Shown here in pieces: positions 11,311-21,045 of a stretch of DNA of 64,000 nucleotides (position 1 is the first letter of the stretch; each line of letters begins with the position of its first letter). The notes under the pieces were generated by a model. The model searched no databases. It had not been told where the DNA came from and saw only the letters and a list, made by a program, of their open reading frames with translations. Where the stretch lies: assembly GCA_904398325.1 (NCBI GenBank), contig CAJFPC010000044.1:29109-93108 (forward strand), written 5' to 3'. Position numbers and translations under genes: made by a program. Source of the stretch: Candidatus Neoruminococcus faecicola (GTDB taxonomy: Bacteria > Bacillota > Clostridia > Oscillospirales > Ruminococcaceae).

Positions 11311-13296
11311 ATGGGAAAAATTGCAGTCCTCAGCCAGGCGGTGGCGGAGTTGATCGCCGCCGGCGAGGTGGTGGAGCGCCCTTCTTCCATCGTGAAGGAG
11401 CTGGTGGAAAACTCGATCGACGCCGGGGCCTCTGCCGTTACGGTGGAGATCCGCCGCGGCGGCATCAGCTACCTTCGGGTGACGGATAACGGTTCCGGCA
11501 TGGAAAAGGAGGACATCCCCACAGCCTTTTTGCGGCATGCCACCAGCAAAATCGCCAGCCGGGAGGACCTGGAATCCATCCATACCTTCGGCTTCCGCGG
11601 GGAGGCGCTGGCCTCGGTGGCCGCAGTCAGCCGGGTGGAAATTCTGACCAAAACCAGGGAGAGCTTCTGCGGCTGGCGGTATTCCATCGCCGGGGGCGCC
11701 CCTGGGGAGCTGTGTGAAGCGGGCTGCCCGGATGGCACCACCCTGGTGGTGCGGGATCTTTTTTATAACACGCCTGCCCGGATGAAATTCCTCAAGCGGG
11801 ATGTGACCGAAGCCAACAGCGTGGCGGCGGTGATGGATAAGATGGCCCTTTCCCACCCGGAGGTGTCCTTCCGTTTTCTGCGGGATGGGGAGCTCAAGCT
11901 CCACAGCCCGGGCAGCGGCGACCTGCGGGCAGCAATCCATGCGGTATATGGCAGCGGCGTGGTCAGCGGGCTCATCCCGGTGGAATACCAGACCCAGGCG
12001 GTCACGGTGAGCGGCTATATCTCCAAGCCCCAGTATGCCCGCGGCACCCGCGGTATGGAAAATTTCTTCGTCAACACCCGCTACATACGCTCCAAAACCT
12101 GCATGGCGGCCCTGGAAGAGGCTTTTCACACCTACCTGATTACAGGCAAATTCCCTGTCTGCGTGCTGAACGTGCAGCTCAACCCCATGCTGGTGGATGT
12201 CAACGTCCATCCGGCCAAGATCGAGGTGCGTTTTTCCAACGAGAAATCCGTCTTTGACGCGGTGTTCCATGGCTGCCGCCAGGCGCTGGAGCAGAGCGAT
12301 TTGACCGTCGCCGCCCAGATGGAAACCGGCGCTCCCTCTTCCGCGCGGATCAATCTGGCGAATTTGGAATATGACCGCGCTGTCAAGCCCCAGCAGACCA
12401 TTTGGCAGCAGGCGGAAAAGCCTGCCTTTTCACAGGTTTCCGCCGAGCGCTTCCGGCAGGAGTTCGCGCCAAAATCCCCTGCGGCTGCACCCAGCGCACC
12501 GCGCCCTGCCGCAGCGCCGCGGGGGACGGCCGCTCCCGTTTCTGCCGGGGACAGGGGAGAGATGCTCAGCAGCAGCCGGCTGCCCTTTTCCATCTCTTAT
12601 CCGGCGCCGGCGAAGCAGCCGGCATCCCGGCCAGCGGAACAAACGCCTTTGCAGCCGCAGCCGCCCCAGACCCCGGAAAGGCCGGAACCTACGGAAAAGG
12701 AAAGCCCGCTGGATTACGCCGCCAAAGGCCGGTACATCGGCCAGCTGTTCGGCACCTATATTCTGGTGGAATATGAGCAGCAGCTTTATCTGGTGGATAA
12801 ACACGCTGCTCATGAGAAAATCCGCTACAAGCAGATCCGTGCCGAGGTGGATGCCGGCATCTGCCAGCGGCAGACGCTGCTGGCGCCCCTTTCGGTGACG
12901 CTGGATAAGGCTGCCTACAGCGCAGCGGTGGAGCATGCCGGCCTTTTTGAGCAGCTGGGCTTTGTGGTGGAGGATTTCGGCAGCGGCGGCCTTTTGGTGC
13001 GGGAAATCCCGGCGGTGGCCCGTCTGGAGGACTGCCCCGCCATGGTGGAGGAGATCGCCGCCAAGCTGGCGGAAAACTCCCAGGAGCTAAAGCCCTCTTT
13101 GCTGGACGATATCTGCCACAGCGTGGCCTGCCACAGCGCGGTGCGGGGCAACAGCGAGGCGCCGGATGAGGATTTAAAGGAAATTCTGCGGCTGATGGCG
13201 GAGGATGGCGACATCCGCCACTGCCCCCACGGGCGGCCGGTGGCCATTTCCATTTCGCGGTACCAGATTGAAAAAATGTTTGGCAGGTTAGGCTGA
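11311..13296 (+). CDS. mutL: DNA mismatch repair endonuclease MutL
   Basis: Has GHKL ATPase motifs (ELVENSIDAG, DNGSGM, GFRGEAL), a Pro/Ala-rich linker and a C-terminal dimerisation/endonuclease domain (DKHAAHEKI...CPHGRP). Confidence 0.93.
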   Translation: MGKIAVLSQAVAELIAAGEVVERPSSIVKELVENSIDAGASAVTVEIRRGGISYLRVTDNGSGMEKEDIPTAFLRHATSKIASREDLESIHTFGFRGEALASVAAVSRVEILTKTRESFCGWRYSIAGGAPGELCEAGCPDGTTLVVRDLFYNTPARMKFLKRDVTEANSVAAVMDKMALSHPEVSFRFLRDGELKLHSPGSGDLRAAIHAVYGSGVVSGLIPVEYQTQAVTVSGYISKPQYARGTRGMENFFVNTRYIRSKTCMAALEEAFHTYLITGKFPVCVLNVQLNPMLVDVNVHPAKIEVRFSNEKSVFDAVFHGCRQALEQSDLTVAAQMETGAPSSARINLANLEYDRAVKPQQTIWQQAEKPAFSQVSAERFRQEFAPKSPAAAPSAPRPAAAPRGTAAPVSAGDRGEMLSSSRLPFSISYPAPAKQPASRPAEQTPLQPQPPQTPERPEPTEKESPLDYAAKGRYIGQLFGTYILVEYEQQLYLVDKHAAHEKIRYKQIRAEVDAGICQRQTLLAPLSVTLDKAAYSAAVEHAGLFEQLGFVVEDFGSGGLLVREIPAVARLEDCPAMVEEIAAKLAENSQELKPSLLDDICHSVACHSAVRGNSEAPDEDLKEILRLMAEDGDIRHCPHGRPVAISISRYQIEKMFGRLG

Positions 13297-14264
13297 TGAT
13301 GGTAAAACAACCCCTTCTGATCGTTGCCGGTCCCACCGCCAGCGGGAAAACCGCCCTGGCAGTGCAGCTGGCCAAGGCGTTTGACGCTGAGGTGATTTCG
13401 GCGGATTCCATGCAGGTATACCGTGACATCTCCATTGGCACGGCGCGCCCTACGCCAGAGGAGATGGACGGCGTCCCGCATCATCTGGTGGGCTTTTTGA
13501 GCCTGTCGGAGACTTTTTCTGTGGCGGATTTTGCCCAGCTCGCCAGAGAAAAAATCTGCGAGATCGCAGGCCGCGGGCGCCTTCCGCTGGTGGCCGGGGG
13601 CACAGGGCTTTATCTTTCGGCGCTGGTGGACCACCTGGATTTTGACAGCGGCGCCTCAGACCCGGACCTGCGCCGCCGGCTGGAGGAGGAAGCAGCCTGC
13701 AGCGGCGCAGAAGCGCTGCTGGAGCGGCTGCGCGCCCTGGACCCGGATTATGCGGCCCAGCTGCACCCCCATAATCTCAAGCGGCTGATCCGTGCGCTGG
13801 AGCTGGCCTTGCTGACCGGCAAAACCCGGGAGCAGCGGGAGGCTGATTCCCGCCGGGAAGAAAGCCCCTATCAGCCCATCCTGCTGGGGATTGCCTTTGA
13901 GAACCGGCAGCTGCTTTATGAGCGCATCGACCGCCGGGTCGATCAGATGCTGTCGAACGGCCTGGTGGAGGAAGCCCGGCTGGTGCTGCACGCCGGGGCC
14001 TCCCAGACGGCGCTGCAGGCGATCGGCTACAAGGAGCTTTTCCCCTATCTGTTGGGGAAGGAACCCCTGGAAACCGCAGCCGCCCGCCTGAAACAGGAGA
14101 GCCGCCGCTATGCCAAACGCCAGATGACCTGGCTGAGACGGATGAAAGGCATCCACTGGCTCTATCGCGACCAGCTGGGAGGGGAGCAAGCGCTCTTTGA
14201 GGCAGCCCGGGATGTGGCAGCAGCCTGTCTGGCGGCGCTGGAACATCCGGGCACACCATCATGA
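13296..14264 (+). CDS. miaA: tRNA dimethylallyltransferase
   Basis: Has P-loop GPTASGKT, then DSMQVYRDISIGTA and YAKRQMTW. Its start overlaps the mutL stop. Confidence 0.92.
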   Translation: MMVKQPLLIVAGPTASGKTALAVQLAKAFDAEVISADSMQVYRDISIGTARPTPEEMDGVPHHLVGFLSLSETFSVADFAQLAREKICEIAGRGRLPLVAGGTGLYLSALVDHLDFDSGASDPDLRRRLEEEAACSGAEALLERLRALDPDYAAQLHPHNLKRLIRALELALLTGKTREQREADSRREESPYQPILLGIAFENRQLLYERIDRRVDQMLSNGLVEEARLVLHAGASQTALQAIGYKELFPYLLGKEPLETAAARLKQESRRYAKRQMTWLRRMKGIHWLYRDQLGGEQALFEAARDVAAACLAALEHPGTPS

Positions 14265-14292
14265 AAGCTGTTGACAGCAGAAAGGAACTGGC

Positions 14293-15522
14293 ATGAAACG
14301 CAACGCTACCGACGTTATTATCACTTTGGTGCTGATTTTATTTGTGATTATTTATGCCGGGTACCAGCTGCTTACTTTTTTGTATTCCCCTTATGAAACG
14401 GAGACGGCCTTCACCTATACCGTGGCGGACAGCTTCAGCACCAGCGGCATTCTGGTGCGGGATGAAGCGCCGCTGGAGGAAAGCGTCGGCGTCTCGACTG
14501 TCGGCTATGTGGTGGAGGACGGCGCCAAGGTGGCCGAGGGCGAGACCATCGCAGAAATCTACACCAACGATACCCAGGCACAGAATGTCAACAACCTGCG
14601 GGATGTGGAGCGCCAGATCGAGGTGCTCAACAGCGCCCAGACCGGTACGGAAAACTATTTTGGCCAGACTGACGTTATCACCCGGCAGATCAGCGAGCAG
14701 GTCAACCTGCTGGCGCAGGCGGGACACGACGGGGATGGGGAATCCTTAGAAAAAATCCGTGACAACCTGACGCTCTACCTCAACAAAAAGAAAATCGCCA
14801 CCGGCGTCATCAGCGATTTGGGCCAGAGCATTTCAGAATTGGAAGCGACCCGCGATGAGCTGGAAGCCTCTCTTTCCGCCAGCGGGTTCCGGCAGATCAC
14901 CAGCCCGCAGCGGGGGTATTTTTCCCAATATTCCGACGGTTGGGAACAGATCCTCACCACCGATTCGGTGGAAGCCATGAGCCTGGAGGAGATCGAGACG
15001 CTGCTTAATACGGTGGAGGATGATACCACCGACCGCATCGGCAAGATCATGACCAGCCACAACTGGCTTTATGTCACGGTAATGGATAAGCTGGAAAGCG
15101 AGAATCTCTCCCCCGGGCAAACGGTCAGCCTCTCCTTTGCCGGCCGCGGTGGGGAAGCGGTGCCGGTCTATGTGCAGGATATCATCACGGAAGAGGGCAG
15201 CGACAATGCGGCAGTGCTGTTCCGCTGCGATTATATCGATTCCTATTTTATCAACAGCCGTTGTGTTTCCGCTGAAATTCAGTTTACCAATTATTCCGGC
15301 CTGCGCATCAGCAAGGAGGCGATCCGCTTTAATGATGCTCAGGAAGCCGGGGTTTTCATCCTGAAGGGGGACGAGGTCCGCTTTAAAAAGGTGGATGAAA
15401 TCTATGATGACGGCGCTTACCTGATTTCCAGCCTGCAGCCGCCGGATGACAGCTACGTGCAGCTTTTTGATGAAATCATTATCAAGGGGAGTGACCTTTA
15501 TGATGGAAAACACATCGGATAG
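14293..15522 (+). CDS. membrane-anchored HlyD/membrane-fusion-like protein (coiled coil plus barrel-sandwich motif), function unknown
   Basis: Has an N-terminal TM (VIITLVLILFVIIYAGYQLL) and the lipoyl-like motif GYVVEDGAKVAEGETIAEIY, followed by long coiled-coil-like segments. No transporter partner is adjacent. Confidence 0.5.
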   Translation: MKRNATDVIITLVLILFVIIYAGYQLLTFLYSPYETETAFTYTVADSFSTSGILVRDEAPLEESVGVSTVGYVVEDGAKVAEGETIAEIYTNDTQAQNVNNLRDVERQIEVLNSAQTGTENYFGQTDVITRQISEQVNLLAQAGHDGDGESLEKIRDNLTLYLNKKKIATGVISDLGQSISELEATRDELEASLSASGFRQITSPQRGYFSQYSDGWEQILTTDSVEAMSLEEIETLLNTVEDDTTDRIGKIMTSHNWLYVTVMDKLESENLSPGQTVSLSFAGRGGEAVPVYVQDIITEEGSDNAAVLFRCDYIDSYFINSRCVSAEIQFTNYSGLRISKEAIRFNDAQEAGVFILKGDEVRFKKVDEIYDDGAYLISSLQPPDDSYVQLFDEIIIKGSDLYDGKHIG

Positions 15523-16213
15523 GAGCTTAATCTTTGAGCGCCTGGACCGCATCCGGGATTCCATGGCGGAGGCCTGCCTGCAGTGCGGCCGCCGGCCGGA
15601 GGATGTCACCCTGATGGCGGTGACCAAGACCGTGCCGGCAGAGCGGGTCAACCTGGCGATTGACTGGGGTATCCGGCTGCTGGGAGAAAACCGCGCCCAA
15701 GAGCTCTGTGCCAAATATGACGGCTATCAGCTCAAGCGGGAAAACATCCACTTTATCGGCCATTTGCAGACCAACAAGGTGAAAAGCATCATCGACAAGG
15801 TGGATATGATCCATTCGGTGGATTCTTTGAAGCTGGCGGCTGAAATCGACAAGCTGAGCGCCGCTCACGGCAGGGCGATGAAGATCCTGGTGGAGGTAAA
15901 CGGCGAAAAGCAGGAATCCAAGAGCGGCGTTTACCCGGAGGATTTGCCTGGTTTTCTGGATGAACTGGGGCAGTTTTCCCATCTGCAGGTGTGCGGCCTG
16001 ATGACCATCCCGCCCGTAGCCCAGAATGAGGCGGAAAAAGAGAAGTTTTTTTCAAAGGTTTTCCAACTGTTTATTGACAATAAGGCAAAAAAAACAGATA
16101 ATATCAATATGAGCGTATTGTCGATGGGCATGTCTGGGGATTATGAGGCGGCAATTCGCAATGGCTCCACGATCGTGCGGCTTGGCAGTGCGATTTTTGG
16201 GCCGAGACTGTGA
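15500..16213 (+). CDS. yggS: YggS/YlmE-family pyridoxal-phosphate homeostasis protein
   Basis: Has the PLP lysine context LMAVTKT, then HFIGHLQTNK and SMGMSGDYEAAI. The start at ATG 15500/15503 overlaps the preceding gene end by about 20 nt. Confidence 0.88.
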   Translation: MMENTSDRSLIFERLDRIRDSMAEACLQCGRRPEDVTLMAVTKTVPAERVNLAIDWGIRLLGENRAQELCAKYDGYQLKRENIHFIGHLQTNKVKSIIDKVDMIHSVDSLKLAAEIDKLSAAHGRAMKILVEVNGEKQESKSGVYPEDLPGFLDELGQFSHLQVCGLMTIPPVAQNEAEKEKFFSKVFQLFIDNKAKKTDNINMSVLSMGMSGDYEAAIRNGSTIVRLGSAIFGPRL

Positions 16214-16237
16214 TAAAATTGATTAAGGGGTTTGAGT

Positions 16238-16687
16238 ATGGGCTTCGTGGACAAGTTTAAAAATTTAATCGGCATTGATGAGGAAGACGATTATTACGAA
16301 GAGGAAGAGATGGATATCATCACCAATCAGGGCGGCCAGGAAGCAGCGCCTGCGGGCGGCGCTGCGCATGAGGGGCGCCGCGGCAACAAGGTGGTCAATA
16401 TCCATGCGACTACCCAGCTGTCGGTGGTGCTGGTAAAGCCGGAGCGTTTTGACGATGCCAGCGCCATTGCCGATCATCTGAACGCCAAGCGCACCGTGGT
16501 GCTGAATCTGGAATCTGCCAATAAGGAAGTTTCCCGCCGGCTGATCGATTTTCTGGGCGGCGTGGCTTATGCCAACAACGGCCAGATCAAGCGGGTGGCC
16601 AACAGCACTTATATCATTACGCCGTACAACGTGGATATCATGGGCGATTTGCTGGATGAGCTGGAAAATAACGGGGTTTTCTTTTAA
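16238..16687 (+). CDS. sepF: cell division protein SepF
   Basis: Has an N-terminal amphipathic helix (MGFVDKFKNLIGI), an acidic linker and a conserved C-terminal core (VVLVKPERFDDASAIADHLNAKRTVVLNL). SD is AAGGGG. Confidence 0.9.
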   Translation: MGFVDKFKNLIGIDEEDDYYEEEEMDIITNQGGQEAAPAGGAAHEGRRGNKVVNIHATTQLSVVLVKPERFDDASAIADHLNAKRTVVLNLESANKEVSRRLIDFLGGVAYANNGQIKRVANSTYIITPYNVDIMGDLLDELENNGVFF

Positions 16688-16690
16688 ATC

Positions 16691-17446
16691 ATGAGATACC
16701 CTGCTGCGGCGGAAGACCAGCTGTTTGTGCGCCATGTGTGGGATTTGCTCGCCCGGTGCCGGAATCGGAATATCCCTCAGTATTCCGCGTTTCTCACCCC
16801 GCATCAGCGCTCGCTGGTGCTGGAATCCTTCCCGGAAGGCGGCTATGCGTTTTTCGGCGGATATGAGGAGGCGGAGCGCGTGGTGTTTGCCGCACTGCCG
16901 GATTATCTGGCGCCGGAAGAGACGTCTCATTTCCCGGTGGCGTGCGCGCAGATATCCTATCCTGGGCAGTACCGTCTTTCCCACCGGGATTTCCTGGGGG
17001 CGATTTTGGCGCTGGGCCTGGAACGGGAAACCCTGGGTGACATCCTGGTGGAAGAAGGGCGCGCCGTGGTGTTTTTGCAGCCCCATGTGCTGCCCATCCT
17101 GCTGCAGGAATTGGTGAAGGTCGGCTCCGTAGGCGTCCATGCGGAAGCGGGCGCACCGGAAGAAATTGCAGTCAAGCGTCAGGAGGTGTCCTTAAGCGGG
17201 ACAGTCAGTTCCCCGCGGCTGGACAGCGTCCTTGCGCTTTTTCTGCGTATCAGCCGCGAAAAGGTAAAAGAGCTGATCGCTGGCGGCAGCGTGATGGTCA
17301 ACCATCGGGAAGAGCGCAGGGCGGACTGCCTTTTGAAGGAACAGGATATCCTTTCTGTGCGCGGCTTTGGGCGCGGACGTGTGGAGAGCGTCGGCGGGCA
17401 GAGCCGCAAGGGCAGGATTTTTATTGAGATCAAAAAATCAGTTTAA
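16691..17446 (+). CDS. ylmH: YlmH-family S4-domain RNA-binding protein
   Basis: It sits between sepF and divIVA. It has the motif F.TPHQ, and a C-terminal S4-like segment (RLDSVLALFLRISREKVKELIAGGSVMVNH). Confidence 0.8.
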   Translation: MRYPAAAEDQLFVRHVWDLLARCRNRNIPQYSAFLTPHQRSLVLESFPEGGYAFFGGYEEAERVVFAALPDYLAPEETSHFPVACAQISYPGQYRLSHRDFLGAILALGLERETLGDILVEEGRAVVFLQPHVLPILLQELVKVGSVGVHAEAGAPEEIAVKRQEVSLSGTVSSPRLDSVLALFLRISREKVKELIAGGSVMVNHREERRADCLLKEQDILSVRGFGRGRVESVGGQSRKGRIFIEIKKSV

Positions 17447-17464
17447 GTTGGGGAGGTTACTTGC

Positions 17465-18157
17465 ATGCTGACTCCTAAGGAAATTGTCGAGCGGTCTTTT
17501 CCAAAGTCCATGGGCGGCTACCGCACCGAGGAAGTGGACCGTTTTTTAGAGACCATTGCTTCGGAATACGAAGAGATGCAGGCGGAAAACCGCGAGCTGC
17601 AGGAGAAGATCATGGTCCTCGCAGAAAAGCTGGAGGAATACCGCAACGATGAGGAAAGCCTGCGGGCTGCCCTGCTGGGTGCCCAGAAGCTGGGCGACAG
17701 CGTTGTGCGGGATTCCAAAGCCAAGGCGGAGGCGATTATCCGTGAGGCCAACGCCAAGGGAGAAGCCATTGTGGAAGGCGCCCGCCGCCAGCTGGAACGG
17801 GAGCAGCTGAGCCTGCAGCTGCTGCAGAAGGAGGTTTCCAGCTTTAAAAGCAAGATCATGGCGATCTATAAGCAGCACCTGGAAATTATCAGCACGCTGC
17901 CCAGCGAGGAGAAAATCCCCGTGAAGCCCGCGGAGACGGAGGACGAAAAGCCAACTGCACAAGCCCCAGCGGAAGAGACGACGCCGGCGGAGGATGCAGC
18001 GCCGCAGGCCGCTGCAGCTGAGGAGACTGCCGCGGAGGAAACCCGCGCGGAAGCCCCTGCCGGCGAGCGCAAGCGGGAGCCGGTTTCTTCCAAATTCGGC
18101 CCGCTGATGTTTGGGGAAGGATTTGAACTCAACCGCGACAATTCCAGAAAAAGATAA
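17465..18157 (+). CDS. divIVA: DivIVA-domain cell-division protein
   Basis: Has N-terminal MLTPKEIVERSFPKSMGGYRTEEVDRFL, a coiled coil and a low-complexity Ala/Glu tail. Confidence 0.9.
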   Translation: MLTPKEIVERSFPKSMGGYRTEEVDRFLETIASEYEEMQAENRELQEKIMVLAEKLEEYRNDEESLRAALLGAQKLGDSVVRDSKAKAEAIIREANAKGEAIVEGARRQLEREQLSLQLLQKEVSSFKSKIMAIYKQHLEIISTLPSEEKIPVKPAETEDEKPTAQAPAEETTPAEDAAPQAAAAEETAAEETRAEAPAGERKREPVSSKFGPLMFGEGFELNRDNSRKR

Positions 18158-18185
18158 CGCTATCATAAGGGAGAGAAACAAAACC

Positions 18186-20969
18186 ATGGCGCAGGATTAC
18201 AACCAGACCCTGAACCTGCCCAAGACCGATTTCCAGATGAGGGCCTCGCTGCCGAAAAAGGAACCCGGTATGGTGCAGGAGTGGGAAGAGAGCAAACTCT
18301 ATCAGAAAATCATCGCACGCAATGAGGGCAAGCCGCTGTATGTGCTGCATGACGGCCCGCCGTATGCCAACGGCGATATCCATCTGGGCACCGCTCTTAA
18401 TAAGGTGCTCAAGGATATCATCGTCCGCTATAAAAACATGGCCGGCTTCCAGTCGCCCTATGTGCCGGGCTGGGATACCCACGGCCTGCCCATTGAGCTG
18501 AAGGCGATGAAAAAGGTGGGCGTCAGCTCCAAGATGGACCCCATCGAATTGAGAAAAACCTGCAAAGAGTTTGCCATGCACTATGTGGAGACCCAGAAGC
18601 AGCAGTTTATGCGCCTGGGCGTGCTGGGGGATTTTGACGACCCTTATCTGACGCTGAAGCCGGAGTTTGAGGCGCGCCAGATTGAGATTTTTGGCAAAAT
18701 GGCCGAAAAAGGGTATATCTACAAGGGGCTTAAGCCCGTCTACTGGTGTCCGGAGTGCCGCACCGCCCTGGCGGAGGCGGAGATCGAGTACGCCGAAGAC
18801 CCCTGTTTCTCGATTTATGTCAAGTTTGCGGTGAAGGATGACAAGGGCAAGCTGGAGCCGTTGGGCGCCCAGCTGGATAAGACCTATTTCGTCATCTGGA
18901 CTACCACCACCTGGACTCTGCCCGGCAATATGGCGATCTGCCTGGGCCCGGAATATGAATACTGCGTCGTGAAGGCGAAGGACGAATATTATGTGATGGC
19001 AAAGGAGCTGGTTCCCGCCGCCATGAAGGCCGCCGGTATCGAAGCCTATGAGATTCTGGGCAGCACCACCGGCAAGGAGCTGGAGTATATCGTCTGCCGC
19101 CATCCCTTCATGGACCGGGATTCTCTGGTGATTGTGGGCGACCATGTCACGCTGGAAAGCGGTACCGGCTGCGTGCATACTGCGCCCGGCCACGGCGTGG
19201 AGGACTTTGAAGTCTGTGTCAACCATTATCCCGAAATCGGTATCGTTGTCCCTGTGGACAGTGAAGGAAAAATGACCGAAGAAGCCGGCAAATTTGCCGG
19301 GCTGACCACCGAGCAGGCCAACAAGGCCATCGCCGAGGAGCTGACCAATTCCGGGCATATGTTTGCGGTGGAAAAGATCATCCACCAGTATCCTCACTGC
19401 TGGCGCTGCAAGGAGCCGATCATTTACCGCGCCACCGAACAGTGGTTCTGCTCGGTGGAGGATTTCAAGGAGGATGCCGTCAAGGCCATCGAACAGGTCA
19501 AGTGGATCCCCGCCTGGGGTGAGGGCCGCATCAAAAACATGGTGATGGACCGCTCCGACTGGTGCATCTCCCGCCAGCGCACCTGGGGGGTGCCGATCCC
19601 GATTTTCTACTGCGCCGAATGCGGCGAGCCCCACATCGATGAGGCCAGCATCCGCGCGGTTTCCGATCTGTTCCGCCGGGAAGGCTCCGACGCCTGGTGG
19701 CTGCATGAAGCGGATGAGATCTTGCCGGAGGGCACCGCCTGCAAAAAGTGCGGCTGCCAGCGCTTCACCAAGGAAAAGGACATCATGGATGTCTGGTTTG
19801 ATTCCGGCACGTCTCACGCTGCCGTGCTGAAGGAGCGCCCCGAACTGAAGTGGCCCTGCGACCTGTATCTGGAGGGCGCCGATCAGTACCGCGGCTGGTT
19901 CCAGTCGTCGCTGCTCACTTCTGTGGCCTGCTATGGCCGGGCCCCCTATGACGCGGTCTGCAGCTGCGGCTGGGTGGTGGACGGCGAAGGCCGGAAGATG
20001 TCCAAATCCCTGAAAAACGGCACCGCCCCCGACAAGGTGGTGGAGCAGTACGGCGCTGACATCCTGCGCCTCTGGGTGGCATCTTCTGATTACCATTCTG
20101 ATATCCGCGTGTCGGAGGCGATTTTCAAGCAGCTTTCCGACTCTTACCGCAAGATCCGCAATACGGCCCGCTATATCCTGGGCAACCTGGAGGGCTTCTG
20201 CCCTGACACCGATCAGGTGCCGGAGAACGAAATGCCCGAGCTGGACCGCTGGGCCCTGGCCAAGCTGGATGAGCTGACTGCCAAGGTGCGTGCGGCCTAT
20301 GAGAATTTCGATTTCCATATTGTATTCCATGCGGTGCACAATTTCTGCACCATTGATATGTCCAATTTCTATCTGGATATCATCAAGGACCGTCTGTACG
20401 TGGAGGCGGCTGACAGCAAGGGGCGCCGTTCCGCCCAGACAGCGATCTATCGTATCCTGCGCGATCTGACTTTGATGATCGCCCCCATGCTTTGCTTCAC
20501 CGCGGAGGAAATCTGGCAGTTCCTGCCCAAGGAAAGCGCTCTGAACGGCGAAAGCGTCATGCTCAACGATATGCCCGCTGCTCACGGCACCACGGCGGAG
20601 GCTTTCATGGCCAAGTGGGACCGTATCCATGCCATCCGCGACGATGTCAACAAGGCGCTGGAGGAAGCCCGCGGCCAGAAGCTGATCGGCAAATCCCTGG
20701 AAGCCAAGGTGCAGCTGCACTGCACCGGCGAGCTGGCTGACTTTATCGCCGGCGTGAAGGAGGAGCTTGCCACAGCATTTATTGTCTCCCAGGTAGAGCT
20801 GGCGGACGGCGAAGGCGGGCAGTTCACCGGCGAGGTGGAAGGCCTGGGCGTCACCGTTTGCCGGGCAGACGGCGAAAAATGCGAGCGCTGCTGGATGTTC
20901 AGCGAGACGGTCGGCAGCGACCCGGACCATCCCACCCTGTGCCAGCGCTGCGCCGCCATTGTCAAATAA
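18186..20969 (+). CDS. ileS: isoleucine--tRNA ligase
   Basis: Has the HIGH region (PYANGDIHLGTA), KMSKS, and a C-terminal Zn motif (CERCW...CQRC). ATG 18186 follows SD AAGGGAGAG, only 28 nt after the divIVA stop. Confidence 0.95.
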   Translation: MAQDYNQTLNLPKTDFQMRASLPKKEPGMVQEWEESKLYQKIIARNEGKPLYVLHDGPPYANGDIHLGTALNKVLKDIIVRYKNMAGFQSPYVPGWDTHGLPIELKAMKKVGVSSKMDPIELRKTCKEFAMHYVETQKQQFMRLGVLGDFDDPYLTLKPEFEARQIEIFGKMAEKGYIYKGLKPVYWCPECRTALAEAEIEYAEDPCFSIYVKFAVKDDKGKLEPLGAQLDKTYFVIWTTTTWTLPGNMAICLGPEYEYCVVKAKDEYYVMAKELVPAAMKAAGIEAYEILGSTTGKELEYIVCRHPFMDRDSLVIVGDHVTLESGTGCVHTAPGHGVEDFEVCVNHYPEIGIVVPVDSEGKMTEEAGKFAGLTTEQANKAIAEELTNSGHMFAVEKIIHQYPHCWRCKEPIIYRATEQWFCSVEDFKEDAVKAIEQVKWIPAWGEGRIKNMVMDRSDWCISRQRTWGVPIPIFYCAECGEPHIDEASIRAVSDLFRREGSDAWWLHEADEILPEGTACKKCGCQRFTKEKDIMDVWFDSGTSHAAVLKERPELKWPCDLYLEGADQYRGWFQSSLLTSVACYGRAPYDAVCSCGWVVDGEGRKMSKSLKNGTAPDKVVEQYGADILRLWVASSDYHSDIRVSEAIFKQLSDSYRKIRNTARYILGNLEGFCPDTDQVPENEMPELDRWALAKLDELTAKVRAAYENFDFHIVFHAVHNFCTIDMSNFYLDIIKDRLYVEAADSKGRRSAQTAIYRILRDLTLMIAPMLCFTAEEIWQFLPKESALNGESVMLNDMPAAHGTTAEAFMAKWDRIHAIRDDVNKALEEARGQKLIGKSLEAKVQLHCTGELADFIAGVKEELATAFIVSQVELADGEGGQFTGEVEGLGVTVCRADGEKCERCWMFSETVGSDPDHPTLCQRCAAIVK

Positions 20970-20984
20970 TTTATTCTGCTTCTT

Positions 20985-21025
20985 TCATGGCCGGACTGCC
21001 TGGCGGTACCGGCCATGATCTTTGC
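20985..21025 (+). terminator. hairpin terminator after ileS
   Basis: TCATGGCCGG (20985-20994) pairs with CCGGCCATGA (21009-21018), followed by TCTTTGC. Confidence 0.55.
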
Positions 21026-21045
21026 ACGGATTGGAGAAACAGCCT

